From Histomonas meleagridis 2922-C6/04-290x (Eukaryota; Protista; Parabasalia): 64,000 nucleotides of DNA. Below are positions 52,012 through 62,941 of this stretch, piece after piece. How positions within the stretch are numbered: the stretch's first letter is position 1; each line of letters begins with the position of its first letter. Both the position numbers and the translations under genes were made by a program. The stretch is from positions 744,001-808,000 of the forward strand of contig JAANOX010000280.1 in NCBI GenBank assembly GCA_020184695.1, written 5' to 3'. The notes below the pieces were generated by a model. The model did not search any database and had not been told where the DNA came from. It worked only from the letters and a program-made list of their open reading frames with translations.

Positions 52012-52372
52012 ATTTGACATTCAAATCATTGGTTTTATTACTATTCTTTTTTTAAAATTGATTATTATAAATATCAAAACTGGGTAAAGGATATTTGAGT
52101 GTACACCTGTTTGATGACATAATACCAGAGTATTTTTTTGATATTTCAAAATTTGATTTGAAAAAAAGTTAGATTGATCCTTTGATTTATTAGCTCACCA
52201 ATTGAATAAAAGTTACATATGCATTTCTAATTGTTTATAATTTAACTTTTGAGCAGGCTAACGATTTTTTGCAGCGCATTTTGTAAACGGCTTACCTTTT
52301 ATGTTTTGAACCGAATTTGCCGGCAAGGCGCACAAAACAAGATTTTGAAAATAGCCGGCCATTTATAGGAAA

Positions 52373-52885
52373 ATGTCCAACGAGCTTCCATACACTTGGG
52401 AACAAACTTTAGAAGATGTCACTGTGTCTGTTATTGTTGAGGCCGGGATACCAGGAAAAATGGTTAATTGCCAAATTAAAAAAAATCACTTGATCGTAGG
52501 AATCAAAGGAAAAACACCAATAATTGATGGTGATCTTTCAGAAGAAGTGAAGCCTGGTGATTCATCATGGACAATTGCTGATGTTAAAGATGGACGTGAA
52601 ATTCAAGTTTATCTTGTTAAAAAGACTGGAATGCATTGGTGGAAAAACGTGATTGTTGGTGATCCAGAGATTGACGTATCTAAGATCGAACCAGAGAATA
52701 GCAAACTTTCTGATCTCGATCCAGAAACACGTCAGACTGTCGAAAAGATGATGTATGATCAACGCGCAAAAGCTGCCGGCTTACCAACAACTGAAGAAAT
52801 CAAGAATCGTGAAATGATTGAAAAGCTTACACGCGAGCACCCAGAGTTTGCACAACAACTTGCAAAAGCACAATCAGGTAAGTAA
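52373..52885 (+). CDS. NUDC: Nuclear distribution protein NudC (CS domain)
   Basis: YTWEQTLEDV, WWKNVIVGDPEID and SKLSDLDPETRQTVEKMMYDQR. Confidence 0.92.
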   Translation: MSNELPYTWEQTLEDVTVSVIVEAGIPGKMVNCQIKKNHLIVGIKGKTPIIDGDLSEEVKPGDSSWTIADVKDGREIQVYLVKKTGMHWWKNVIVGDPEIDVSKIEPENSKLSDLDPETRQTVEKMMYDQRAKAAGLPTTEEIKNREMIEKLTREHPEFAQQLAKAQSGK

Positions 52886-52985
52886 AGTTTTGAAAATATT
52901 GAATAGTCACTTTTTGGTTCAAAGTAAACGTAATCCTCATAAACGTATTTTGGTGAATTGAGTTAACGGTTGAAATTCTGGTAAA

Positions 52986-53609
52986 ATGAAAGGAACTGAT
53001 CCAAAGAAGCTCACTAAAGATGAGCTAATTAAAAGCCTTAAACAAGAAGGCGTAGAGGTGCCAAATAATGCTACAAGATTACAGCTTTTATCAATTTATT
53101 TAAAAAATCAAAAATCAAAAATTGAGTCAAGTAACAAGAATCCTAAACAAAGACAAACATCTCCTGTGCCACAAAATATATTCGAAACTCACATATCACG
53201 AAATTCGTCTAGGTCAAGTCGATCTCAAACGCCAACTCCAATAACAAAAAAATTGGAATTTAAAGTCAAATATAAAATTGCTAGTCATATTACATCTATG
53301 CTTTCTGTTGTCTTCTTTGTTTTTGGATTGCTTTCGAGCCCATTGTTTTTTATTTTCTCAGGAATCTTTTGTACTGCATGGTATTTCATTCGCGTTGCAA
53401 ATGCAAATTCGATTGTTCAACAATCTAACATCTTACAACAGCATGTTGAAACATTGTTATACAAAAGAGGAAGTATTTCCATGGATGAATTAAAAAGACG
53501 TTTCGTTATTGACCCATCAATTCTCTCATATCTAAAAAAGAAGCTTATTAAAGCATCAAAAATAGAAGTCACACAAAAAAACAAAATTGAAATATGGTGT
53601 ATTAAATAA
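52986..53609 (+). CDS. Small HeH/LEM-domain membrane protein (Man1/Src1-like architecture)
   Basis: N-terminal KKLTKDELIKSLKQEGVEVPNNATRLQLL resembles HeH; S/T-rich linker, two adjacent hydrophobic segments and a short C-terminal domain. Confidence 0.5.
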   Translation: MKGTDPKKLTKDELIKSLKQEGVEVPNNATRLQLLSIYLKNQKSKIESSNKNPKQRQTSPVPQNIFETHISRNSSRSSRSQTPTPITKKLEFKVKYKIASHITSMLSVVFFVFGLLSSPLFFIFSGIFCTAWYFIRVANANSIVQQSNILQQHVETLLYKRGSISMDELKRRFVIDPSILSYLKKKLIKASKIEVTQKNKIEIWCIK

Positions 53610-53760
53610 AATAATTACTTTTTGTTCTAAAAATACTAAACTACAAATTGTCAAACAAGATGGCCAATATGTTTAAAGTAAATATAATCTTATTTTTAAC
53701 GCAATATTGTGGATAAGTTTGTTTTTGCTGTTTCTTGAGATATTTTAAACGTATTCTGAT

Positions 53761-56187
53761 ATGGATGATTTCGAAAATTCTTTAACTCATTCTCATTCAG
53801 GATCTTCTAGTGATCTAGAAAAGCTAGTGAATTGCATGACAGAAGTAAGGTCGTTTGCAGAAAGCAGATCTGCAAAAAGCACGCTTTTAGAATCTTTAGA
53901 AAATAAAATAAAAAAATTGCTTCATTACAGAGAAGAATCAATAACGCTTAGATCAAAACTTAAATTATCTGATGAATCACAGAAAATTCTTATAGCTGAA
54001 TTTGCATTTCAAAAAAAACAATACGAACAAGAAATTCAGCAATTAAAAAATATTGTGAAAGAATTAAGAGAAGCTCTCCTTAAAGAAGCCCCAACAGCCG
54101 AGCCTATGGATGATGACAAGAAAAAGATAACGGAATCAAATAATGAAAAAATTACAAACAAAGATCTCACAGACAAAATACTAGAACTAGAACAACAGAA
54201 TAATAATTACAAAGACAAAATAAAAGAATTAGATGAACAAAACAAAAACCTTATTATCAAAGTACAACAATTAGAACAACAAAACCAAATACTTAAAAAC
54301 AAAATTCATGAATTAGTAAATCAGAATAAAGAATATAACAATAAAATAAATGAATTAAAACAAAGCAAAAACAATGATAACAAAGCGCAAACATTAGAAA
54401 GTCAAATGCAAAGTCTTAACAATAAAATACATGAATTAAAACAACAAAACAAAAAGCTCAAAACCAGAATTCAAGAATTAGAAAATCAAAGCAATGAAAG
54501 CAACCAAAAAATGCGAAAACTAGAAGATCAAAATCATAATTACAATAATAAAATACAAAAGTTAAAACATCAAAACGATAGTTACATCAACAAAATAAAT
54601 GAATTCCAACAGAAAGACAAAGACCACAACAACAAAATGCAAATATTGGAAAGTCAAAACAATGATAACATTAATATAATAAATGAATTAAAGCAACAAA
54701 ATCAAAAACTCAACAACAAAATGCAAATATTGGAAAGTCAAAACGATGATAACATTAATATAATAAATGAATTAAAGCAACAAAATCAAAAACTCAACAA
54801 CAAAATCCAAGAATTAGAACATCAAAATAAAGTCTTCAACAATGCAATTCAACAAAACGAAAGCAAAGACGACAATTCCAAACTCATTCACCATTTGCAG
54901 AACAAAATCAACAGGCGGAACATTGCTATTAACATCTTAAGGAAAGAGAACCACAGCATTTCGCTCGAGCTCCAAAAGCGCATCAACGCCTCAAAGCGTA
55001 TTCGCGAAATTATTACAGAACAAACGCAACAGCACAAAACGCATGTACAGCAAATTGAATCAATTTTACATCATTACGAATCAGAATTTCAAGTCCTCGA
55101 AGACATATTACATGTGGAAGATGATCCTTTACATGAATGGGTTAACATTCGTAAAAAAGCTCGTGAAGCATTTGATGCGATTACATTAGCAGAAGAAAAT
55201 AAAATACTTCTTTCTTCAGCAAAAAAGGAAATAGATGAACTCCAGCAAAAAATCCAAACATTTCCAGAAAAATTGGATAAAACGAATGAATATTCGCAGC
55301 TATTAATGGAATTCGAAAGTTATAAAAAAGAAAATGAAATAATTCAAAGGTTTACACAGCAAAACCGTCTCAGGAATTTATTTTCAAGAAAAATTGCACA
55401 ATGTTACAAAGAAGCTATAGACTTTATTAATGAACTATATGAAAGTATAATCGGAAAGAAAGAACAAAGTTTAAGAACTGTTGTGTTAACAGTAATTTTT
55501 ACATGTCGATGGAACAAAATTAAAAATTTAAAGAATCAAATATTTGATGAAAATTCTTTACATAACTTAACAATTCCAACAAAATATTCATTTGATTTTA
55601 AACTTAAAGAAATTAGTAATACATTTTTAGAGTTAACAAATGAATTAATTAATGTGAAAAGAGAAATACAAAAGAAAAACGAAGAATTTAATAACTTAAA
55701 ATTATATTACGAAGAACGAACAGAAAACATTGAAAACGCACAAAAAATCATTGATAAATATAAAGAAAGAATACAATGTATAGCTGAAGAAAACTCGAAA
55801 TTAATACATCCATCAAAATTAGAAAAAATAATTTCGAAATTAAATGAAATAGAAAATGAAAATCAAAAGTTAAATATTAAAATAAATGAGTTAAACTGTG
55901 AAATAGAAAAGAAAAAAGATGAAATTTCTGTGAGCAATAATGAGATAATGAAATATAAAGTGAAGCAAAATGAGGTTTTAGAGGAAATGAAAGCAATAAA
56001 AAATGAGCTAAATAGTAAAAAAGATGAAATTGATGTCCTAAAAACAAAGTTGTGTGAAAGAAATAAAGAAATTTTGGCGTTGGAAAGAATAGTAAATTTG
56101 TCTTCATGTAGAGTTGTGAATGCAGATTACAAACAGAAAGAGAATAGCATCGAGATTTACAGGATAAATCAAAGCTTCCTTCCATAG
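53761..56187 (+). CDS. Long coiled-coil protein with an internal 28-aa duplication
   Basis: 808 aa; NNKMQILESQNxDNINIINELKQQNQKL occurs twice (~54628-54800). Confidence 0.75.
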   Translation: MDDFENSLTHSHSGSSSDLEKLVNCMTEVRSFAESRSAKSTLLESLENKIKKLLHYREESITLRSKLKLSDESQKILIAEFAFQKKQYEQEIQQLKNIVKELREALLKEAPTAEPMDDDKKKITESNNEKITNKDLTDKILELEQQNNNYKDKIKELDEQNKNLIIKVQQLEQQNQILKNKIHELVNQNKEYNNKINELKQSKNNDNKAQTLESQMQSLNNKIHELKQQNKKLKTRIQELENQSNESNQKMRKLEDQNHNYNNKIQKLKHQNDSYINKINEFQQKDKDHNNKMQILESQNNDNINIINELKQQNQKLNNKMQILESQNDDNINIINELKQQNQKLNNKIQELEHQNKVFNNAIQQNESKDDNSKLIHHLQNKINRRNIAINILRKENHSISLELQKRINASKRIREIITEQTQQHKTHVQQIESILHHYESEFQVLEDILHVEDDPLHEWVNIRKKAREAFDAITLAEENKILLSSAKKEIDELQQKIQTFPEKLDKTNEYSQLLMEFESYKKENEIIQRFTQQNRLRNLFSRKIAQCYKEAIDFINELYESIIGKKEQSLRTVVLTVIFTCRWNKIKNLKNQIFDENSLHNLTIPTKYSFDFKLKEISNTFLELTNELINVKREIQKKNEEFNNLKLYYEERTENIENAQKIIDKYKERIQCIAEENSKLIHPSKLEKIISKLNEIENENQKLNIKINELNCEIEKKKDEISVSNNEIMKYKVKQNEVLEEMKAIKNELNSKKDEIDVLKTKLCERNKEILALERIVNLSSCRVVNADYKQKENSIEIYRINQSFLP

Positions 56188-56323
56188 TGTTTCAATAAAA
56201 TGTTAAATATTTTAGATAAGTATCATATTAAATAATATTGTACAATATGTAAAAAAAACAACAGAATAAATTTTCTTCTTAAAATTATTTACTTCATATA
56301 ATTGATCCTTTAAAGGAAATGAA

Positions 56324-56405
56324 GGCACGATGGCCGAGTGGTTAAGGCGTGGGATTTGAGTCCCCATGGGTTTATCCCTCATCAGTTCGAATCTGGTTCG
56401 TGTCG
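56324..56405 (+). tRNA. tRNA-Ser(TGA), type II, with atypical anticodon loop
   Basis: Acceptor stem GGCACGA/TCGTGTC, D arm TGGCCGAGTGG, T arm GTTCGAAT, variable arm, G73, 82 nt, followed by a T-run terminator. Confidence 0.85.
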
Positions 56406-56569
56406 TTTTTTTGATTTTTCATCACTCCAAATCAATATTTTTTAATCTTGAAAATTTCAATAAAACCAATTGTGATGAGCCAGTGTTAAAGTCGCAGAAG
56501 GAGTTTTAACACTGTTAGGATCAGCAAAAATGATTTTTTTCTTTGCCATTCTTTGTGATTTCACATAAC

Positions 56570-57451
56570 ATGTCTCAGATGGAGCAAGAAGAAAAAGAAA
56601 GTTTTATAAAACTGGCCCAAATTCCAACATGGAAAGATTATGGACCACGTGTGACACCACTAATACGTAAGCCTTCTCCTGAATCAGTTATTTTTCAGCC
56701 AAATTCAGAAATTAATTCTCTAATTTCTTTTTTACCAAATGGTGATTCCACTGAACTTGAAGTTGATGCTATTGTAAATGCTGCAAACTCTGATTTACTT
56801 CCAGGTGGTGGTATCTGCGGTGCAATTCATTCAGCTGCTGGTAAAGAATTAGCACATGAATGCAAAAAGATCGGACACACTCCAACAGGCAAAGCTGCGT
56901 TGACTCCTGGCTTTAAGCTCCCATCTAAATATGTTATTCATGCTGTTGGACCAGTTGGTGAGCATCCAGATAAACTTGAAGAAGTATATAAGTCAACTCT
57001 TGCATTTATTGATGGTGATAAGATTCGTAGTGTTGCACTTTGTTGCATTTCCACAGGCATTTACGGATATCCAATACAACCCGCCACAAAAATTGCGTTA
57101 CGCGTTGTCAGAGAATATCTCGAAATCCCCGAAAATAGACCTAAAGTTGACAGAATCATTTTTGTTGTCTTCCTCAGACGCGATGTCGCTGTTTACTGTC
57201 GACTTCTTCCATTATATTTCCCATTGGAAGGCGACGTGAAATATTACGAAGAGGAAGAAATCGAAGAAGAGGAAGAAAATCAAAGCAATGACTTCCTTAG
57301 TAGCGATGAAGAGAAAGAAGAACAAAATGAACAAAAAGATGAAAACGAAAATGAAAATGATAAATGTACGGAAGAAGAGAACAGAGAAGAAGAAGTTGAA
57401 CAGAATGAAGATGCAGAAAAGAAAGAGCTTGAAGCAAAGCCTGACCAGTAA
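56570..57451 (+). CDS. MacroD-type macrodomain protein (ADP-ribose hydrolase) with acidic tail
   Basis: VDAIVNAAN..LLPGGGICGAIHSAAG, VIHAVGP and CCISTGIYGYP. Confidence 0.93.
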   Translation: MSQMEQEEKESFIKLAQIPTWKDYGPRVTPLIRKPSPESVIFQPNSEINSLISFLPNGDSTELEVDAIVNAANSDLLPGGGICGAIHSAAGKELAHECKKIGHTPTGKAALTPGFKLPSKYVIHAVGPVGEHPDKLEEVYKSTLAFIDGDKIRSVALCCISTGIYGYPIQPATKIALRVVREYLEIPENRPKVDRIIFVVFLRRDVAVYCRLLPLYFPLEGDVKYYEEEEIEEEEENQSNDFLSSDEEKEEQNEQKDENENENDKCTEEENREEEVEQNEDAEKKELEAKPDQ

Positions 57452-58135
57452 CTTTTATGTCTTTTTTTAATAAAAATAAAGTCATTAATTAACTTGATTT
57501 TTTTTAATGTGTTCAAATTCACATAGAAATGAAGAAAACGAAAATAATGTCAAATTTTCTTTTTAAGTTTTCTATCATTTCATTTTAATAAGAAATTCTG
57601 AATTTTGAAGATGTATAACTGTTATTAATGACTTTAGATATAACAAAATAATTATTGTTGAACAACGAAAAATAATTTTAAATTATGCTTACATTTACAT
57701 TGAATATTGAATGTTTTTGAATGAAATGTGATAAACTTTACTTGGATTCATTATTCTTTAAATCAAAAAATAATATTTAAATAAAAGATACAATGAAAAA
57801 GGATTTTTGTATATCAAGAACTCTTTATATTGTGCTTATTTTTATATAAAAATAATGAACTTAAAAAAATCAAAAATAGAAGAATTTCTAATGTTTCAAA
57901 AAAAAAGATGAATTTCATGATGATGAAAACAATTTAAATGAATAAACGACATATCATTTTAAAGCATAAACTCAACACTATAACATATATTCATTATATT
58001 ATTTAAAAGTGTCTTTATAATGATTTAAAGTCGTTTCTTTTAATTTACATTTTCAAATATTCAAAGAAATTTTAACCTTTTGAGACGGCCGATGTTTATT
58101 TAGTGAAGGTCTTAAAATATATTGCAAGTTGAAAC

Positions 58136-59971
58136 ATGAAAATCCTTCATTTGTTCATCATTTTAGATACAGTTGAACGTTTTAAAGACGATACAAATCT
58201 TATTACACCTTCTGTTATTCAAGAAGAAATGTTACAAATACAAACCCACGAAAACAAGGAAGGAGTGACTTACAAATGTGATAGGGAAGTATCAATTAAT
58301 GAAATTATGAACAAAAAATTCAAAAGATTTCATAATAATTATAATTTTTTGATAAACAAAATATTTTTAAATTTGACACAAAACATTGAATATACAACAA
58401 TTGTACGTCAAGATTTTAATAACAAACAAAAATTTCGAAGAACATATTTTTCAAACATTTTGAAAAAAGACTTCGAAATTGATATATTTGACAAAGATAT
58501 CACATTTGAGGAAACGTTACACAAATATTATGAAGATATATCTTCTCTAAAAGGCGAATTTTCACGTTTTTTTATGATGCTAAACGATAACGAAGAAGGG
58601 CCAAACGTTTTGAATGATTTACTTCATTTAACTGTCATTTTTTCAATTATATTTTCGGTTATTTATATCAAATTTTATCAGAAAAATACGGTTTCCGTTC
58701 AGAAAATATTGACGACCAAATATATATTGAAAGTAAAAGAAAAGAAAAAAATTGAAACTATTTTTGTATTTTTTCTGTTTTTCATGAATTCTTATGAAAT
58801 ATTTCATGAAGATGATTCAACACTATCAATCATGAATTCAAATGAATTTGAAGATATTGATAAATATCAAAACATAACAAAATGTATAATTATCAGTGAA
58901 AATATTTATTCAATTCCAAACAGTGTATTTTCAGAATGGCCTTCAGTTGTTTCAGTTAATTTTGGTAACTCAGTCACAAATATTGGAATTAATGTGTTTT
59001 TTTCATGTTTTAATTTAGAAACGATTATATTTGGAGGAAATGTTATAACAATTGGTGGTTCATCATTTTCATTGTGTTCATCAATCAAAAACATTACAAT
59101 TCCAAATTCAGTTACAACAATTGGAAGTTATGCATTTTCATCATGTTCTAATTTAATGATATTAACACTTGGAAATGGAATAATAGAAATTGGAGGTTCA
59201 GCATTTGGGAATTGTTATAATCTTGAATGCATTTATTATTATGGAGATTCAGAACCAAATATTGGTGAAGGTGCATTTTATAATGTTTCAACAAGTGTTA
59301 TCACATATCCAACATATGTAGAGGATCATTTTGGAAGTTTGGGTGTTGTTAGCGAATCTGCAGAAGGAATATGCGAACCACTTCCAACACATTCATTTAG
59401 TCAATCAAATACACTCACAAAATCAAATACTTTTTCTAATTCAAATACATTTACTGCTTCGTTACAAAGTGATATTTCATTATCATTTTCATATACATTA
59501 ACAGTTACATTATCAATTACACATTCATTAACTATTTATGAAACAAAAACGAAAACATTTTCATTATATATAAATAATTGGACATTTTCATATATTGAAA
59601 CAGAATTTATTTATTACAGTTACACAATTGTTATTTATTCGACTTATTATAATTATTATTCCAATTTCTTTACAATGTTTTACACTAATGATAATGATAA
59701 TAATAATCAAAACAATGATAATCAAACAACGATTATTATCGTTTCAGTTTGTGTAATTGTTTTAGTCATATTGATTATCATCTTATTAATTATATTAATG
59801 AAACATATTCGAAATAAAAAAGAAGAAATATATGAAAATGATAAATCAGAAGAAAATGAAAATGAAAATGAAACTATGAATACATTTACTACAGGAATAA
59901 GTAACATAAATATTGAAGAAGATCCATTCGCCGAAGATTTTCAAGAAGAAAAGTTTATTGAACAAATATAA
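58136..59971 (+). CDS. BspA-like surface protein with a long unexplained N-terminal open frame
   Basis: TpLRRs, stalk, TM helix and EEDPFAEDFQEEKFIEQI tail; true start uncertain. Confidence 0.8.
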   Translation: MKILHLFIILDTVERFKDDTNLITPSVIQEEMLQIQTHENKEGVTYKCDREVSINEIMNKKFKRFHNNYNFLINKIFLNLTQNIEYTTIVRQDFNNKQKFRRTYFSNILKKDFEIDIFDKDITFEETLHKYYEDISSLKGEFSRFFMMLNDNEEGPNVLNDLLHLTVIFSIIFSVIYIKFYQKNTVSVQKILTTKYILKVKEKKKIETIFVFFLFFMNSYEIFHEDDSTLSIMNSNEFEDIDKYQNITKCIIISENIYSIPNSVFSEWPSVVSVNFGNSVTNIGINVFFSCFNLETIIFGGNVITIGGSSFSLCSSIKNITIPNSVTTIGSYAFSSCSNLMILTLGNGIIEIGGSAFGNCYNLECIYYYGDSEPNIGEGAFYNVSTSVITYPTYVEDHFGSLGVVSESAEGICEPLPTHSFSQSNTLTKSNTFSNSNTFTASLQSDISLSFSYTLTVTLSITHSLTIYETKTKTFSLYINNWTFSYIETEFIYYSYTIVIYSTYYNYYSNFFTMFYTNDNDNNNQNNDNQTTIIIVSVCVIVLVILIIILLIILMKHIRNKKEEIYENDKSEENENENETMNTFTTGISNINIEEDPFAEDFQEEKFIEQI

Positions 59972-60263
59972 TATAATTATCAATAAAATACAGTTTTTAT
60001 TAATATTTGATATTTGTATTTTGTTTTTTAATCATAGTTACAATATGTAATACAAATTCAACAGTTAAATGAGTATTGTGCTTGCATGAAAAGAATCAAA
60101 AATGAGAATATTAAATATTTTTTTTATTCTCCATATTTCTTTACTGCTGTTTTATGTGAATATCAAATACACAAAATGTGTGTACGTTGATGCAATGAAA
60201 GTTTCCATGTTATGCGTACGTTAAGTTGGCTCACAGAATGTTAACGGTCAACAAAAGGTCAAC

Positions 60264-62480
60264 ATGGACGATTCGCTCGACGATATCCTTCATGAAACAG
60301 AAGCCATTGAAAGAAATTATAAGAACGACTCTTCGATGACAATTGGGATATCACAACTTAGCGATTTCTTCAAGCGAATTGAAAAAGATCAAACGTCAAA
60401 TTTAAATGGTCAATTTTTATTAGCACAGCAAGGCATTGATTCTGCCAAAACAGAGCGTGTAATAAAAGAGATGGAGGAGTCCTTAAGGTCAGAACAATCT
60501 GAACCCAATTTAATGCAATCAAAAGAAGCAATTCAATCTACAAAGATACCTAGAACAGCTCTTGAGCTTTTTGAGCGTTCCACACGAAATGAACTTGATG
60601 ATGAATGGGATAGCATTACTCAAGATTTAATGAACATGGCCGAAAACACAATACCTAATTACAAAATTCCCAGTTCTCATTTCTTCCCAACCCAAGGTTC
60701 TCTTTATTCCAGCTATTCTGAAGAGGCTGTTATTTTTGCACGTAATGTTCAATCCACTCCTTTACCAACAGCGCCCGAAATTTTAGAGCGATCCATTCAG
60801 TCTCTTGACGAATATTCCAAGCTCCATCCTCTTAGTGGTAATAACCAAGTTAAACTTGATTATTTTATTGCACTTCGCTACATCCTTCAAAATGTCATTG
60901 ATGACCTCTCCGATCTTTCTCTTAAGACACACTTAATGATAATTGGTTCATTAGACTTTCTTCATCATCAATTTATGACAATCAATTTTCCATCCAAAAC
61001 CGAACTCACTGAAAGCGACATTGATTTATACGTTTCCAAGAATTTCCCCAATGCGAAAGCGCCATGGGCCAACATTTGGATTGCTATTCGCTCTGGTAAT
61101 TTTGAAGTTGTCAAACAGATCTGTCGGAATTATCCTGAAACCAATGAATTTCTTGAGCATTTCGAAAATTTTGTTCTTGAAGGTAATGCTCCGACGTCAT
61201 CAGCTAAGAATTGTTCAGTTCTTAATGACACACTTCAATCGACACCCGAAGAACAGTTCAAACTTCAATGTTATTCATTTGCAGTTGGCTTTGAGTTACA
61301 GCATCCACAAACGTCAGCGATGGATACAATTGAAGATTATTTGTTCTGTGTTTTATCACCGTTACGTTTTGGCTGTGATTCAGGATCACTTGTTGACATC
61401 CAAAACATTATACGTGAAGAAGCATCGAAACATTTTAGTCAAGGGAACTCACGTTTTATATATTCGATGATATTATTAATATGTTTACAATTCCAAGAAT
61501 CAGTAGATCAATTATTTTCCTCGAGGATCTTTCCGATTGAAACATTACATATTTGTATGATATTAAAGTCATTAAATTTATGGGAAGGAGATGAATTATT
61601 ATCAATGATCATTAATGAGTTTGTAAATTTATTACCGAATTCAATGTATTTAGAAGCGATTGATTATTTATCATTTGTGAATGATGAAAATATATTTATT
61701 TCATATTTAAATACATTAGATCCAAAGAAACAACAATTTGTCGACATAAATGTCCACGGACAAAAATCAGCAATTAATATGATACAAAATTATATCTTAA
61801 AGAATCAGATTTCTTATTCATCGTTAAAGTTATTAATTATTTGTTCTGATTTCGAAAAAGCGTTTAATATGTTTTTAAATATTGAAAGTGATTTCACATT
61901 ATTAACATTTGAAGAGTTTGTTAATTCTATTTCTTTATGTACAACTTTAATATTACATTTATTAAATGAACAAAATATCGAAAAAATTAAAATGATTGGA
62001 ATTAATATATCATTATATGTGTTAAATAGAGCTGATCAAATAAATCAAAATGATCGACAAATATTAAAGGAAAACATGAATGAGTTCTTGTTACAATTTG
62101 ATGAATCTTCGAATTATGATGAATTCGTAGTTGCTAAATTAACAAATATTCGAATTTTATTAAACGTTTTGGCGGTGTTAAACTTGTTCGATATCGGAAA
62201 TAACATCGAAGCAATGAAGAAAGTGAAAAATTTGTCGAAAGTTTTCCCGATGAGTTTGGACGAAGTCGATAACGCAGTGAATTGGGTGATGACGAATTTG
62301 GATGTTTCTACACTCATCGGGACTGTGTCCTTGAGAATCATTGAGTACTTGTCGCTGAACTTGAAGGAAAACTTGAGCGAAATTAAGGCAATGCTAAAGT
62401 TCACAAGTAGAATAAGTTTAACCGATAATATAAATAGAAAATTGATGGAAATTCACGATAGGCTAAACGCATATTTATGA
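60264..62480 (+). CDS. NUP93: Nucleoporin Nup93/Nic96-like
   Basis: Short N-terminal helix, GQFLLAQQGID, WIAIRSG, TIEDYLF and ETLHICMIL motifs; 738 aa alpha-solenoid. Confidence 0.65.
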   Translation: MDDSLDDILHETEAIERNYKNDSSMTIGISQLSDFFKRIEKDQTSNLNGQFLLAQQGIDSAKTERVIKEMEESLRSEQSEPNLMQSKEAIQSTKIPRTALELFERSTRNELDDEWDSITQDLMNMAENTIPNYKIPSSHFFPTQGSLYSSYSEEAVIFARNVQSTPLPTAPEILERSIQSLDEYSKLHPLSGNNQVKLDYFIALRYILQNVIDDLSDLSLKTHLMIIGSLDFLHHQFMTINFPSKTELTESDIDLYVSKNFPNAKAPWANIWIAIRSGNFEVVKQICRNYPETNEFLEHFENFVLEGNAPTSSAKNCSVLNDTLQSTPEEQFKLQCYSFAVGFELQHPQTSAMDTIEDYLFCVLSPLRFGCDSGSLVDIQNIIREEASKHFSQGNSRFIYSMILLICLQFQESVDQLFSSRIFPIETLHICMILKSLNLWEGDELLSMIINEFVNLLPNSMYLEAIDYLSFVNDENIFISYLNTLDPKKQQFVDINVHGQKSAINMIQNYILKNQISYSSLKLLIICSDFEKAFNMFLNIESDFTLLTFEEFVNSISLCTTLILHLLNEQNIEKIKMIGINISLYVLNRADQINQNDRQILKENMNEFLLQFDESSNYDEFVVAKLTNIRILLNVLAVLNLFDIGNNIEAMKKVKNLSKVFPMSLDEVDNAVNWVMTNLDVSTLIGTVSLRIIEYLSLNLKENLSEIKAMLKFTSRISLTDNINRKLMEIHDRLNAYL

Positions 62481-62941
62481 GAGAAGAAATTAATAAATAA
62501 TTTATATTTTGTATTTGTTGATCAAATTGTGTGAACGAAAAATGGCTTTGATGTGTTGCGTAGAATGATTTACATAATGTTTTGAAGTGTTTAAATTAAA
62601 AATCACAACTGTTATTTATATATAGAGGCATTATCATGATTTTTGAAAATTTGAGTAGAGTTTGCCCTTTTTAAGGGAATTCTATTTTTATGATATATTA
62701 TGTATGAATGCAGATAAATTAGATAAATTAGAAAAATCGAAAATATCAAATTCTTATTTAAGTAAAGATAAATAAAAAATAACAAAAAAAATATGTTCAT
62801 TCTTTACATGAATAAATGCCTCAAAAAAATTACTTTGATATACATATAAGTAATAATTAAATTTAAACATATAAAAGATGAAACTCAAAAAGAAGAATAA
62901 TATTAAATATACATTTTACTAACACAAAAATATTGTTGTAT

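Noticed and set aside
62915-62930. actaacaca as a trichomonad intron branch motif
   Set aside because: Not followed by CAG, lies in intergenic DNA and has no upstream GT donor.
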